A DNA stretch of 63,117 nucleotides, filler included, from Folioceros fuciformis (Eukaryota): assembly GCA_049999805.1 (NCBI GenBank). It is 17 parts of 17 records of this genome, joined end to end, with 100 filler letters (N's around TTAATTAATTAA, not from the genome) between each part and the next. Parts side by side here need not be neighbours in the genome. Positions count along the whole stretch, not along the records: positions 22,933 to 36,349 come from JBNGIO010006838.1; positions 36,450 to 38,290 come from JBNGIO010006839.1; positions 38,391 to 40,021 come from JBNGIO010006840.1; positions 40,122 to 41,891 come from JBNGIO010006841.1; positions 41,992 to 48,059 come from JBNGIO010006842.1; 12 more parts are not named here. The stretch is one strand, 5' to 3'. Of the stretch, positions 29,557 to 42,670 are shown piece by piece (position 1 is the stretch's first letter; every line of letters starts with the position of its first letter). The notes below the pieces were generated by a model. The model was not told the origin of the DNA, made no database searches, and saw nothing but the letters and a program-made list of their open reading frames with translations. Made by a program: the position numbers and the translations under genes.

Positions 29557-32500
29557 TCACCTAGTTTGCTGGAAGTAGGCATCCGGAAACTTGCTAGTTA
29601 TCCTATCCACGTACTTGATCACAATAGGATCTGTCGAGTTTTTCAGCTTCATGAGTACACGGAAAAGGTCGGGGGAGCGCAGATACTGTCTGCACGGGGC
29701 ATGAATGCACATGTTGCCCAAGGAGAAAAGGGCAATCTTCAAGGGGGATTCTCCTCCGACCTCTTTTCTCAAGTTTGCAGGGTTGAGCAATGAAGATGCA
29801 CAATCGGCAACTAGCTGAAACAGAGCCTGTAAGGACGGCAGCCGTACAAGGACAAAAAGTGAGGATACAACGCAGATTTAGATGTCATGACATGCTGAAG
29901 GCGCTGACAATAGACGGGGCAGAGTCTGTACCTGCATCGCCCCTTTCTTGATGATATCTTCACACAACTTGCTGGAGTTACGAACCAGGTTACTCAAGGC
30001 ACCAGCAGCATTTGCCTTGGTCTTGTCTTCTTCATCTCCAGACAACAGACTAGTAAGGTGAGGGATGCACCGCCTCAGTCGTTCATACAGGCGATCATTA
30101 TGATAAGCAGCATTTCCCACCTGATACAAAAAACCCTTTACTGTTAGTATCGCTTTCAATTACATTTGCCTACTACACAATCAGGTACCTAAAGAAGCGA
30201 CTGAGAAGGGATAAGTGCATACAGCAAAACACGCGAACTTTCGCGTTTGGCGATCTGAATCAGCGCATCTATCAATAAGAAGATCAATAATCCCATTATT
30301 TTCCTGCACAGTAACCAAACCTTGAGCATCACAGTTGCCGACCAAAAGATCTCAGAGCATCCATGGAGGAGTCAAAGCGTACCAGATCATCATAAAAAAA
30401 GGGTGTATGACGGCACATGTTCCCCACTGCACTGCAAGCTTTGGATCTGATGGCAGGATCAGCATGACCCAGAAACAGCTTCATACTTTCCCAGATGTTG
30501 GCTGCTCCAATGAGCTCGTAGTAGTCCTTCACGACATACTTGGATTTTACTCACTAGAAATGGGATATTGAATAAATATAGGCATAAGAACAATGGATGG
30601 CCTCTTACCTTGGACATTCGGGCAAGGTTCGACAGTGCCACAAGAGAATCTAGCATGACCTCCTTCGGACTTCCGGAGTTCAGAACCTTTCCCATGATAG
30701 AGATGCTGAGAAAGCCCTCCTTGACAAGATCAGCAGTAAGAGTTCTTGAACCCTGTGCTATCTTCCCAATCAAAGCCATGGGTCTGGACAAGTCCGGCAC
30801 ATCAAGAAGTTCCAGACATAGCACTAAATATTTTGCGGCATTTTCCTGCAGGGGAAAAACAAAGTTAGTGTCAACATGAAGCAAGCAGGGAAGAAACAAT
30901 GTTAAGGGTCAACAAACTTCCAAAAGTTGTGGAGTTGCGTAGCCCTGTTACAGGCTTCCACATAAGGTCTACTTCAGAAAGGCTAGGAGAGTATATAAAT
31001 CATCAAACCTCATGCAACAGCTGCCAATATTGAGGCATGCTCCCAGTGATGGCCTTGGTGAGTTCCCCATTTTCAGTGGCTGTTCTTCCACTCGTTGAGG
31101 TCGAGCCAAGGAGGCCACTGCTCAGTGATGCAGACACAGATGGCGATGGAGGACATGACTGTAGATGATTTAGAGGAAACTCTAAAATGACAAGTATGCT
31201 CTGCACAATATCTATCATACCACTGCTTCCTCCGCTGATGCCTTCCCAGGCATGAACATGTGCCAGCTGCTGCTTTCCAAGCAGGTTAAGCAGAGTGCGA
31301 AGGGCTCCCCTCCTGAACAAAACGTCGCGAAAGCCCCCTGCAGCTAGGCAGTGGATTATTGATGATATAGCCCAGAGAACACCGACAGGCGATAGACCAA
31401 TGTTATCCTGCCCCATCTCTGGTACCTCATCATATTCTGAAGTATCATTGGGGCCACCTGCAAGAAGTGAAACCAATAGCAATGGAATTCCTGCTGAGCA
31501 AGCTTGATCGGCTGCTGATGGACCTCCCCACCTAAGCCTTGCTTCGATAATGCCTACATAACCATCCCGGATGCCATGCCAGCTGGTAAGCATTCCTCTG
31601 TTGCTGCTCCAACTCATGTCTTCAGGCAACACGGCATTGGAGGATGGACCTAATTTAAGGTAATTCCGGATTGTAGAATACGAAGGCATGAGACCCAATG
31701 CCACATCCGCTGCCCAGCAAGAACCAGTTTGAGAATCAACACCATGCTCAAGAATCATAATAGACGCCAGTGCCAGCATCGCTGCAGCACAGCTTGGAGG
31801 TGGGAATGGCCTATCTGTGGCATCATCAGCTGATGCCTCATGAGTAAGGGCTGCAATTCGAGCACGCTGTTTTGGCTGAGATGCAGTCAGCAGACATGAC
31901 GCACCATGCCTTCCTTCAGATGCCAATCCCTGAGCAACTGCTGATAGTGCAAGGCATGCAAGCAGGGTGAGAACATCCGATCGATTCTTGCTGTTGCCGT
32001 CTGGATCCTTGTTTTCGGTCATAGTTGGGTCCGTGGGGCCAGCGACCGAACTCTGCACCGACAGAATTCTAAACATGGCACCCACGGCCGTCCCATCACC
32101 ACCGCCGTTTAGGGGCAGAAGAGAGAGGGGCTCTTGAGGTGAGATACCCGCAAGGACAGAGCATACTGCAGGAGACAAGACGCAACAACGGACCAAAATC
32201 TGCAGCCATGACGCACAACATCAGCATCTGACAAATGTCCAAACTTTTGGACAAAACAAGGATATGTCAAAGCATCTCAACAAGATGTTCGTGAAACGTC
32301 GCATCAGAGTCATAGCTTTAAGAAACTCATGGGACAGAGGACTCAGAGATTGAAGAAAACCTGCAAAGTAGATGCCAGTGCTGACTCAGAGCCATGCAGA
32401 AGAGCATAGCAAATTGCAACTTGAACGCCTCTTGATCTTGTAAGATTGTCTGTCACCATCTCCATGACTGTTGAGCTACCCTCATCAGACTTCTCATTGG

Positions 32501-35500
32501 CATCTGCCCAAGGTTCAGCGTATCCTCTAACAACAGCAAGCGGAAACCCATTTCTTCGATCAACTTTTCCAGTTGCAAGATTAAGACCGTCGATTAGGCT
32601 CCATAAGCCTCTGCAGGCTTCAGCTGCAACAGGTGCCGATATATTGGGACTTGAAATAAGGTTCGCACCTGTTGTCTTAAGGCAGGAGCAAAGATATTCA
32701 GCTGTGTTCAAAGATCTTGCATGGACCAATATCTGGGTCATGGTTTGGCCCTCTGCTGATGCTGCACCTCCCACATTCTCATGTCCTTCCCCAGGGCTAA
32801 GCAAAGACTTGAGCTCAGAGGTGACCCTTGTGAGCAGTGCCCCAACACATGCCGTAGACTCGTAAAGCACGCGACCGGATGGATCATCTGCATATGATGC
32901 TGCCTGTCACATTACAATTTAGTTTAGTCCATGTGTAGCCACGAGGGATGTCCTACAAACACACTCATGGCTACGCAACAACCTGACGGTACAGACGTAG
33001 TAGGGTCACACTGCTGTTCATGTAAGTGGTGTCCGGTTTACTGCCATACAAATCCATCAGCTTACGCAATACCCCAAACCCCTGCCCAGATCATGAAAAA
33101 GAGGAGACGCATTTGTGAGGTGCGCGTACAGAAACAGCCATTCTTAAGGCAGGTCACGTACTCTTGTTGCGCATAACTGCAACAGCGAATAACTCACCTT
33201 TATGAGAAGGCTCGCATGCTGGGGACTATTAGTTCCCAGTATAACGTGTACGAGGGCAAGAATAGCTAGGGCAGAATCTTCAATTGCAATCCTCTGTTGC
33301 ATTGCACTACTTGCCAGTAGATTTGACAGAACCCGCAGTGCCTGGTGCACAGTTGCAATTGCCTGTTCACTGCAGAGGAGAGTGTGTTAAACTTTGGGTA
33401 TGAGGTGCAAAAAATTCACTGCAAAGGTTACAACGTCAGCATGACCTCTATGCTCAGCTCAGCATACATATCGTAGCATCAACCAGTGTCCTCCGAGATG
33501 GCTTGCCACAAAAGCCATGGGAAAATTATGATATGCGGACATACTGCAACAACTACTGCAGACCACAATGAGAACTGAGACGAGTACAAGTCACCAGAGG
33601 CATGCCTTGCCAGGGCTGCTATGCCTTTCACTGGTAAAGAGCGGAAGGGTTGTAGTACATGTCCAAAAGCACCACGGTCTTGAGCAACAACAAGTGCACC
33701 TTTAACTGAGCGCGACGTGTTCTCAATCTTGTCTAACATTGACAACTCTGCAAGGAAGACAATACATGGGTGCATGAAATGCTGAAAGGCCTCACGAAGT
33801 CATGAAAAAGAACGTCACAGTTGGACTAACATGCGGCTGCGCCATTACCTGATGTCGCTGGTGAAGTTGCCCCCCCAGAGGCAACTGTTGCCATATGTGA
33901 TGGTTGCTGCAGCTGATTCTCATTCGACGGACGTGGAGTCAAGGCTGGACGTTCAAGAGGAGACCGGTCACTTGGTGGGGGGCTACCTAATGGACGGTCT
34001 GCGGCATCCTTTGTACGAAGCTTTCCTGACAGAGAATGGCCCGGATTTGTGTCAATTACAACTTAGACAGTTGCACTAAGGGATGAGCAAGTCTGTTTCA
34101 CCTGTTGGACTGGGTGTTGCTGCTTTCGTAGAGCTTGCAGTGGCTATTGACAATGAAGATGAGAGCGTGATGTTTGCCTCGCCTCTCCAAGCAGCATCAC
34201 ATACTCTGTCAGCAGCTGTTGCAGCACGTAATTCCTGCAAAAGGTCCTTTAGAGACAAAAGTGTGGCAAACTGTGGAGCCCGGGTGATAAGAATGAGTAT
34301 CGAGAACCCACTCGGGCAGCAATTTCCTCGTCTGTCTCCCTTACGAAAGGATGCTCGAGCAGCGCAGGCCACGTCAGGCGATTTTGAGAAACCTGAATCA
34401 ACATAGCGGACATTACATTGGCACCATTCCTACCAATAAACTTTAGAGCAAAGGAACCAACTTGCGAGGAAGACCGAACAACATCGAGAAACCAGAAGTG
34501 TTAATTTCAGGACCAAAGGTTGAAAAGGATAATAAACAAAGACACATAGAGATACAACATGAAAGAGGGAGCGCTGCACATGTTTAGGCTCAAACCTTGT
34601 TCAGAAGACCTTTCAGAAAACTTTTGAAATTTGGGCTGATATTATCTGGGTACTTGACTGGGTCCTGTTACAGACAATCCAAGGAGGGCTGCAGGTTAGA
34701 CCATGATAACACTGCTGTTCCAAGCTAGCAAACCTGCAAACCTAACAAGAAGCCGTAGGTAACCTTCACAATGTGACGAATCAATGTGTAGACTGAGTTC
34801 GTGTAGAAAGGAGGTTGGCCAACAAACAGTTCATACCTTCACAAGACATTCAAGATTAGAATTTCTATTGAAGTTTATGGATCTGCATAAGGGTACGGAA
34901 CATCAAAACAGAGGCTGAAGCTGAAAAAAAAAAACAATCATATTCATTTTACCGTACCACGGGGTAGCAAATCAACTAAAGCAGCTATCTTCTGACTGTT
35001 GAATAGCGGCACTAAGGGCATGAAGGTTGTTCCTACAAGGTCCTTACAAGATGACTCCAAGTGACCATAGATCTGCGGTGTGATTGTAAGGTTGCTCCCT
35101 CACAAGCTCAGGTGCCATGTACAGGGGTGTTCCTAATGTGAATTGGCAGAAGCATTTCAATCAGCACCAGAGTAGAAACACGTGCTGCGGTGAGATTGCA
35201 CAACAATGTTCATGAACGTGAAGCAGCTCACCCTTAATAGAGCGCAAAACCATGGTGTTGCAGGACATCGCCCTCGCAAAACCAAAATCACATAGCTGAA
35301 ACATGCGTTAATGTAAGATTTACGCCATACAAACGTTGTTCCCGGTTAACATACTGACAAGCATAAAGTTTGTCGACGATAACCACAGCGTCCTACCTTA
35401 ACAACCCCCCCTGCTCCAATGAGAATATTTTGAGGCTTCATGTCCCGGTGAATGATCCGATGCGAATGCAGGTAGTGGAGAGCTCGAACCTGAAACCAAA

Positions 35501-36212
35501 ACCGAGCTGCGTGAGGTAAGCCTTTCTTAGTATGCAAGAAGCCAGAAAATTCGAGGATTCCTGAAGCATCCTGACTGGAACAAACGACTGGGACCGAACA
35601 CCTCAGTACTTACGAGCTGCTTGGCAATAGCCTGGACTTGAACTTCAGGCAAACACTTGTCGTCTTCAAGAATCTCAAAGAGCTCTCCCTGCACGAAAGA
35701 GTGGAGAAGCGTCAAACCTCCACAACAGGCGAGAGAGGGACCAGGTTCCGGAGCCCCAGGACAGGGCACGCAACAGGCAAAAAGAGCACACCTGAGCGAA
35801 TTCCGTGACCACGCAAAACTCCTGAGGACTCTCAAACGCGTCCAGCATTTCAATGATGTTTTCGTGCTTCAGCTGGCGCAAAATCTACAGAGAGACAGAC
35901 CTCCTCCTCTCCGCATTACACACTTCACGCAGAGCGACACGCCGAAATGCAGCAGCAACCATTACCTCAATCTCTTGCCTCAGATTTTCAATGTCCTTCT
36001 CGCTTTTACCCGGCTTCATAATAAATTTCATAGCCACAGTCTGCAGATGCCATGCAATTACAAGGTGAAGGACATTGCGCGCAGCCGGGTGTTAGGCAAA
36101 GAGATGACGGGGTTCCACTCACCTGGCCAGTGTACTTCCGCCGGCCCTTGTACACCTTTCCGAACGAGCCTTCCCCCACCAGCTCAATCACGTGGTAGTT
36201 GTCCACCCCCAT
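29557..36212 (-). CDS. TIO: FUSED / TWO-IN-ONE Ser/Thr kinase with C-terminal ARM/HEAT repeats
   Basis: [81 protein letters not shown], and C-terminal [48 protein letters not shown]. Confidence 0.96.
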
Positions 36213-36449
36213 GCTCGCTGCAGCAACCAAATGCGCCCTGTTGTTGTTGTTGTTGCTGTTGAGCCCCTCAGGGCGATCCCAAGCTGTGCAACGGAGACGA
36301 TGCCCTTCAAAAAATGGGCGGGAGGGCTGCTCCCGTTGCGGAGTCCCTGNNNNNNNNNNNNNNNNNNNNNNNNNNNNNNNNNNNNNNNNNNNNTTAATTA
36401 ATTAANNNNNNNNNNNNNNNNNNNNNNNNNNNNNNNNNNNNNNNNNNNN

Positions 36450-38290
36450 TATCCTTCTTGCACCCCGGACGCTTGGGCCACCTATAAAGATCTGGTTTGA
36501 AGGTCAGAGCCCAGTTTTCACCTAGTCGGAACCAGCAGTGAACCTTTGCTTTATCGAAGGTTCGTGGCCCGATTGGGCGTTCGCCTGACGTGCACAATCG
36601 CCCTGCCCGAACGGATTTACAAAGGACACAGACAGCCCGCAGCTCTCCCCCTCGACCTTCCCCATCGTCCCTACCCTGAACTTCCAGAGAACCGTTAGGA
36701 GACACGACCTTGAACGACCTCAACATCTCTTTGCCATCAGCTCTTGCAATCCAAACCGCCCTATCTAGATCTAATGCTTTGTCATGATCATCCTCCTCCT
36801 CTGAATTGATTCCCCTACTATCCATGGAATAAGCGTACCACCCTTCCTCTCCTATGGTAGGTTGCTGCCTTAAGAGCTGTTGCACCTTTTCCTCTAATCC
36901 CTCGTGCAACCATGAAAAAATGAACCTGACGTGCCGGCCCCTAAGCCAAAATCACCTTTGACCTCCTCTACCTCCTTCCAGCGGGACTCTGATCTGTTCC
37001 ATAATTGGCCAAGCTGGATAATGCCTTTCCAACAAGCCAACCCGAAAATTTGTGACCGATACACCCTTGACCTGAAATCCTGTACCCATAACCTCGAGAA
37101 ACCTTGCAGAGGGATACCAAGAACATCATCCACATGGGAGAAGTTGCCCAGAAGAATATAATGTTTGACCTCCAAGTAACTGCTCCATATGGACTTAAAA
37201 AGGGAGCATTCTGTAGTATCAAGTAGCGGTTTGTCAGCCAGAATCTTGTCTATAGATCTCCTTCCCCTGGGGATAGCTTGGGTACACTCCAAATGTTGTG
37301 TTAGAAGACTTTTCTAAGGATACTATGCCAGATCGGTTGCCCTAACAACCCATTGAGCATGCAAAACTTTCATCTTGGCAACTGGGTCCACCACCCCGAG
37401 ACCCCCCATTCCACGCGCCCGAATAATATGCTGCCAAGACACTTTAGAACACCCTGCCATACTATCCCCCGAACTCTTCCATAGGAAAGAAGTCAGCACC
37501 TATTGTAAGCGCTTCACCTCTGACTTAGAAGGGGCCCACAAAAACAGATAGTACCAAAGAGTTGCAGTAAGGATATGGTTGATCACCACCAACCTACCTA
37601 CCAAATTGAGCTCCAACAATTGTAGACCAACCGCTTTGCGAATGAACCTGAGACAAACGTACTTCCCTATCTCCCCATTCTCATCCCCTTCTTGGAAAGG
37701 GAGCCCCAAATACTTGTGAGTAGAACCCAGGGTCACTCGCCTGATGTGGTTAATACACTTAGGGAGCTCCCCCTCCATGTGAAGACACATCATGCGTGTC
37801 TTGTTCCAATTCACCTTGCAGCCCGAAAGTTCACCAAAGACCTCGACCTGTCGGAGCAACGCTTTCAATGAGGCCTCCTCTGCCGAGGAAAAGAGAAGAG
37901 TATCATCTGCAAATGCAGATACCCTTAACTATGTTCCATCTGGGTTCCGAATACCTACCACTGCCGGGTCTTGCTTGACTGCTCTGAGAAAGAAGTCAAT
38001 GACGATAATAAATAAGAACGGAGCAAGGGGGCAACCCTGACGTACCGACCGAGAGATGTCGAAACGCTTCGTAAAAGAACCATTGACAGCCACCTTGGCA
38101 CCTGCGTCTTCACACAAAATGGCTATCCATCTGCAGAAGTTATTCCCGAAGCCGAAACTACGCAGGCCTGGCCATAGGAAGTGCCACTCAACTGAGTCAT
38201 AGCCTTGTAAAAGTCAAGGGAAATGAAAACGACGGCTTTCTTTTGTACCTGGGTGTTGTACTTAGCTTCCCTCAGAAGAAGGAGGTTGTC
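36450..38290 (-). mobile_element. Degenerate L1-clade LINE ORF2 fragment (reverse transcriptase)
   Basis: SLDF..AYDSVEWHFL, SRSVRQGCPLAPFLFII, SAFADDT, FGELSGCKVNWNKT, HKYLGLP, GGMGGLG; several stops and frameshifts. Confidence 0.92.
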
Positions 38291-39853
38291 NNNNNNNNNN
38301 NNNNNNNNNNNNNNNNNNNNNNNNNNNNNNNNNNTTAATTAATTAANNNNNNNNNNNNNNNNNNNNNNNNNNNNNNNNNNNNNNNNNNNNCACATAATGG
38401 GCGGGGCGACCGGGTGACGGAGAAATTGTTGGTCGGCCCAAAGCGAAGACGCGCGCCAGTAGGCGCCACGCACCCCAAAAGCAACCTCGACATTCATTTT
38501 AGAAACTCCGTTTTACGATGGCGGGGCCCCTGAGTCCGTCCCGTCCCGCATTTGAAAACCGCGAAACGGTAAAGACTGTACGGCAGTAATAACGTTGTGT
38601 GCTTCCCTCGCTGCCCATATCCACGTCTCGTCCCGAGCTTTGGAACTCTCGTGGCCTCTACTTTAATGCCATGTCGTCCCTCACGAGTGCCCATGTCCCT
38701 TCAGAAAAAATCATACACATCTCTGCGTCTCTTCCCTGCACTACATGCCTCCCCTACTACTACGTCTGCTAAATTCACACCCCTGGCCTGGCCATGCCTG
38801 TAGCACCACACTCCCACGCATGCCATGCCCCCGCATCCACATCCACATCCACATCCACATTGGCCATGGCCATGAACATGAACTCTCTACTCACCTCCTG
38901 CTACGTGTCTTGGTCATTCCTCCTATATATTTTATTATACCCGACACATATCATTTTTCAAATCCACTTCGTACCTTATCCTTCCTATCACAATAAGTCA
39001 AACATCAAAAAACAAAAAAGTACGTACATAGTGTATTCTTTGTACCTGCAAATACAAAGTTTTTGAGAAGCACAGCGATGTTAGTTGCACAATACAGACA
39101 TAGTATGCTGAGAAATTCGCGGCACCAGACATGGCCTGCTTAGTTCTTTCTTTCCTTCAAGTTCCACATAACAAAGATCTTTTGTGGTCAAGAGGAAATC
39201 AACACAACAAAGACTAAGCACTGGATGGCTCTCTTGTATATGGTGGTCTTGTGTGGTCAAGAGAAATCAACACAAATCCTTGGCCCTTTCATTCAAGATT
39301 ATCTTGGTAAAAGACTGGGTATGACATAGAATCGACCTCGTATTGTGTGTGAAACATAGGTCACCTGAAAGGCGGCTAGTTACGCATCAAGTGATAAATT
39401 ATTTCCTCATATTTAAAAGAACTTCTTTCTTTCCATCCGGGCAACGATGATGCAACAAAACCTAACACCATTCATCCGCGGGCAAGCACCCTGGCCTCTT
39501 TCTGCCCTTTGCGTGCGTTGTTCCCCCTCGGTCTCGGTTACCAGTACTGTACATGGGAGTCTTTCTAGTTTTATGAAGACTGGCGTACTGAAAATGACCC
39601 TGCACGTACATATACGAACAATAGCACGCACGATGTGTATTGGCACCCTGAATCTCAACATGCGGCCAAGAGGCAGACATAGAAGAGACGAAATGGGCAC
39701 TATGGATCTCACGATATCTTCACAATGACACTGCTGACCTCGAAGTTGTCGTCCATCTCCACGTTAACAAAAGTGCGAGATTCCCCGAGGAGAGACTTGG
39801 CTGGCCACTTCCATTCGCATCGCCACCTACTCCACTCAAATTGGTGAGCCAGT

Positions 39854-40021
39854 TCAGCTAGAGGGAGCACTCTCAGCTATTATTGATGATAATTTGGTGC
39901 GTTTACTGCTCGACAGCTCCGGGATCGAATTTTCCTTGTTCTCTTCCCCAGTGCTAGTTGTCTCCTCCGAACTCAGGACTGATATCACAGGAGAGGTCAC
40001 TGCGTTCCAACTTTTCAGAGG
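39854..40021 (-). CDS. Possible 3' end of an unidentified gene
   Basis: Open frame from the contig edge: PLKSWNAVTSPVISVLSSEETTSTGEENKENSIPELSSSKRTKLSSIIAESAPSS*. Protein-like composition only; no family recognised. Confidence 0.3.
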   Translation of the reverse strand, partial: PLKSWNAVTSPVISVLSSEETTSTGEENKENSIPELSSSKRTKLSSIIAESAPSS

Positions 40022-40269
40022 NNNNNNNNNNNNNNNNNNNNNNNNNNNNNNNNNNNNNNNNNNNNTTAATTAATTAANNNNNNNNNNNNNNNNNNNNNNN
40101 NNNNNNNNNNNNNNNNNNNNNAAGAAAACTAATTTAAATATTACAATATTATGTGAAAACTTAATATTCAAACACCTTGGCAAATTTCTAAATCTTTGTA
40201 GTTTGAATTTATGCTAAAAAATAATGATAAAAATACATAAATTAATAGATAAGATTTAGCACTACCCAC

Positions 40270-41244
40270 CATGGAGGTTGGAATGTAAGACAACAAGCTG
40301 CCATATAATTATGGTATCCATCTATATTATGAATTCCTCGTTGTGTGTGTCTTTGAGATGTAAGGCTGCCTTTGTCGTGACAGCATCTTCCCTGATGAAT
40401 GCATGTATTAATTTTATTATAGTAGTAATGGGGATGCTGAGGTGAAATTTAAGTGTGGAATAGCTCTGGGCAGATACTTACACAACTGTAGGGAATAGGA
40501 TTGTTGTTCATTCTGTCTTGGTCGGTTGCATATGCTCTAAATGTTGCGAGGAGATGAAGTTTAACACACCAGAAATTTTGGAGCCGAGAAAGAGCATGAG
40601 GCAGCAGAGAGGGATGCTTACAGGCCGCAGGGGAAGTGATCGCCGTCGTCTCCTGGGATTTTACAGTGGCAGTTTTTCACAACGGTAGTTACTTCGAATC
40701 CTCTGTTCGGATAGTTCTGAAAGACAGTGCAAAGTTTAAGGAGAGTGTGGTGACCAATCTGTGGATAGCACAGAAACGGGGAGCAAAGTCTGTGTGGTCC
40801 TGTGCGTGTACCTGCGTGTAATATAGAGGATAAAACAGCTTGACCGGCGTCTTAGAAAGCTTGATTACCACAGGGTTCACAAGATTCTTGATTTCCCCTG
40901 TTTTAGGATCCTTCAAGCTGTCGATCTGTGCATGTAGCGCATTTGCGTCTGGAACCTAAACGGTGGTGGAAAGCAAATTTGTGAGATGGAAGCAGTAATG
41001 CACAGTGGTTGCCTTGGTCCTTGGGGTTGAAGAAAAAGGAATGGCTCACCTGGTTGGCTCGCACGTTCAGGAGCACCACAATCTTGGTAGTGCATTTGAC
41101 CTGGTTCGGAGACCCGTCGTTAGGGCACACGGCGATGTTGCTGCTGGCGAGAAAATCCGCCCGCGCACCGCCGTGCAGCAGGCACAGAGTAGCTATGGCG
41201 GCTGCGGCGGTGGCTTGGGCATACAGCAACTGTAATTGGCCCAT
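40270..41244 (-). CDS. HAP2: Divergent HAP2/GCS1 class II gamete fusogen, first five exons (3'-partial)
   Basis: Exons 41244-41050, 40955-40812, 40716-40622, 40536-40482 and 40391-40270 splice in frame with GT-AG: signal peptide, FLASSNIAVC..VKCTTKIVVLLNV, PVVIKLSKTPVKLFYPLYYTQNYPNRGFEV, PIPYSCGRCC, TQRG, AACCLTFQPPW. Confidence 0.85.
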
Positions 41245-42415
41245 TGCAGATATTGATTGTGGCCGATTAGCTGCGAATGTGCACGGGCAGATGAGCGGAG
41301 GACCCCAGTTGTGAGTGTGGAATTCTTATACTCCGAGTGCAGCGGCAGCCCGGGCCTGGCCATAGTAGTGTCGCGGGGATTACGCCTTGCATCATGTTTT
41401 GTGCTCATCCTGAGATGTGTCTTCACCCATCATGGTGTGCCTCCCCACCTGAACACGAGCAGGGGTCGCGTCATCCCTGGCCTGAGCAAGAACAGGCGGA
41501 GCGGCATCTGCCCTATACTGTGATTTCAATGCACCCCATCCCAGTCTTTTCCCGTCGCGAACTTGACGGCAAACAGTGTTGACCGGCCCTGAGCAGACCA
41601 AATCAAACAAACGTGCAAACTTTCTAAAGGATTCTCTAAAGGGTTAAGCAACCGTTGTTTCTTTCGCAAGTAAGCGTCGCCCGTCAGGCTTACCCTCTGG
41701 CCTGCCGCATTTTCACAGAAGTCTCAATATCAACACATGCAACAAGGCATGTGGCCAGTTGGCTCCCATCTCCAAAAACTGGGTCGCAGCATCATCTCTG
41801 CAAGCGCAAATGGAAGAGGGAGCTGTATGGAAGTGATGGCGCAGTGTCGTTGGAATAAATTCAGAACCCCATCATGTGTATCCACCGCATGNNNNNNNNN
41901 NNNNNNNNNNNNNNNNNNNNNNNNNNNNNNNNNNNTTAATTAATTAANNNNNNNNNNNNNNNNNNNNNNNNNNNNNNNNNNNNNNNNNNNNGTTTTATGT
42001 TTTTAATAAAATCTGCATTATCCTTATAAAATTGTCAGGTATGTGCTGCCACTTTATCCCCTTCCTTCATTTTCAGGGGTGGAAGTTCATAACCTCCAAG
42101 CCCTTTGCATAAGCATTGTCCCAACCAACTTGGAAGGCTTGCATAACACATGTTACGGTGTGGAAGGCATTTTCAACAATTACGATGATATGCAACCTAC
42201 AAGGCAAGTTGCAATTGTAAGTTACAAGGGCATATGGAAGGGATTCTACAAGGATAGAGGCATTTTGCAAGGGTTTTTGTGAACCCTTGGAAGGGAATCC
42301 ACACCCTAATATATATTTTTAGTCTGAAAAGCTAATGTTATTTTATCATAAAAAATATTTTCTATATACATAAATAAAATAATTCCTTAAAAATATATGA
42401 TAGTATAATGAGGTT

Positions 42416-42521
42416 TTTAGGGTTTAGGGTTTAGGGTATGTAAAAATATATAATATAATATAATATAATAATTTCCCTTCGGATTGTTTTTTCCTTCATC
42501 CATTGTTTTACGGGTTTAGGG
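42416..42521 (+). repeat. Short interstitial plant telomere-type repeats in an AT-rich tract
   Basis: (TTTAGGG)3 at 42416-42436 and one more unit at 42515-42521. Confidence 0.7.
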
Positions 42522-42670
42522 TTCGGCAATTATGTTTTGAAAAATGTCCCTTTTCTCCCAAGTTTTGGGAGCCAAGCTGTTAAGAAAAAGCGCTTGCCCG
42601 GGAGCTCAGTGAGCTTTCCTGCTCAAGTAGAGGAGCATCAGGAGCTGCTAGAACTGGCCCACGCGAGCGT

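Noticed and set aside
38391-38720. GC-rich non-coding stretch considered as organellar group II intron or structured RNA
   Set aside because: No domain V/VI consensus, tRNA boxes or rRNA signature recognised; more likely a promoter of an off-contig gene.
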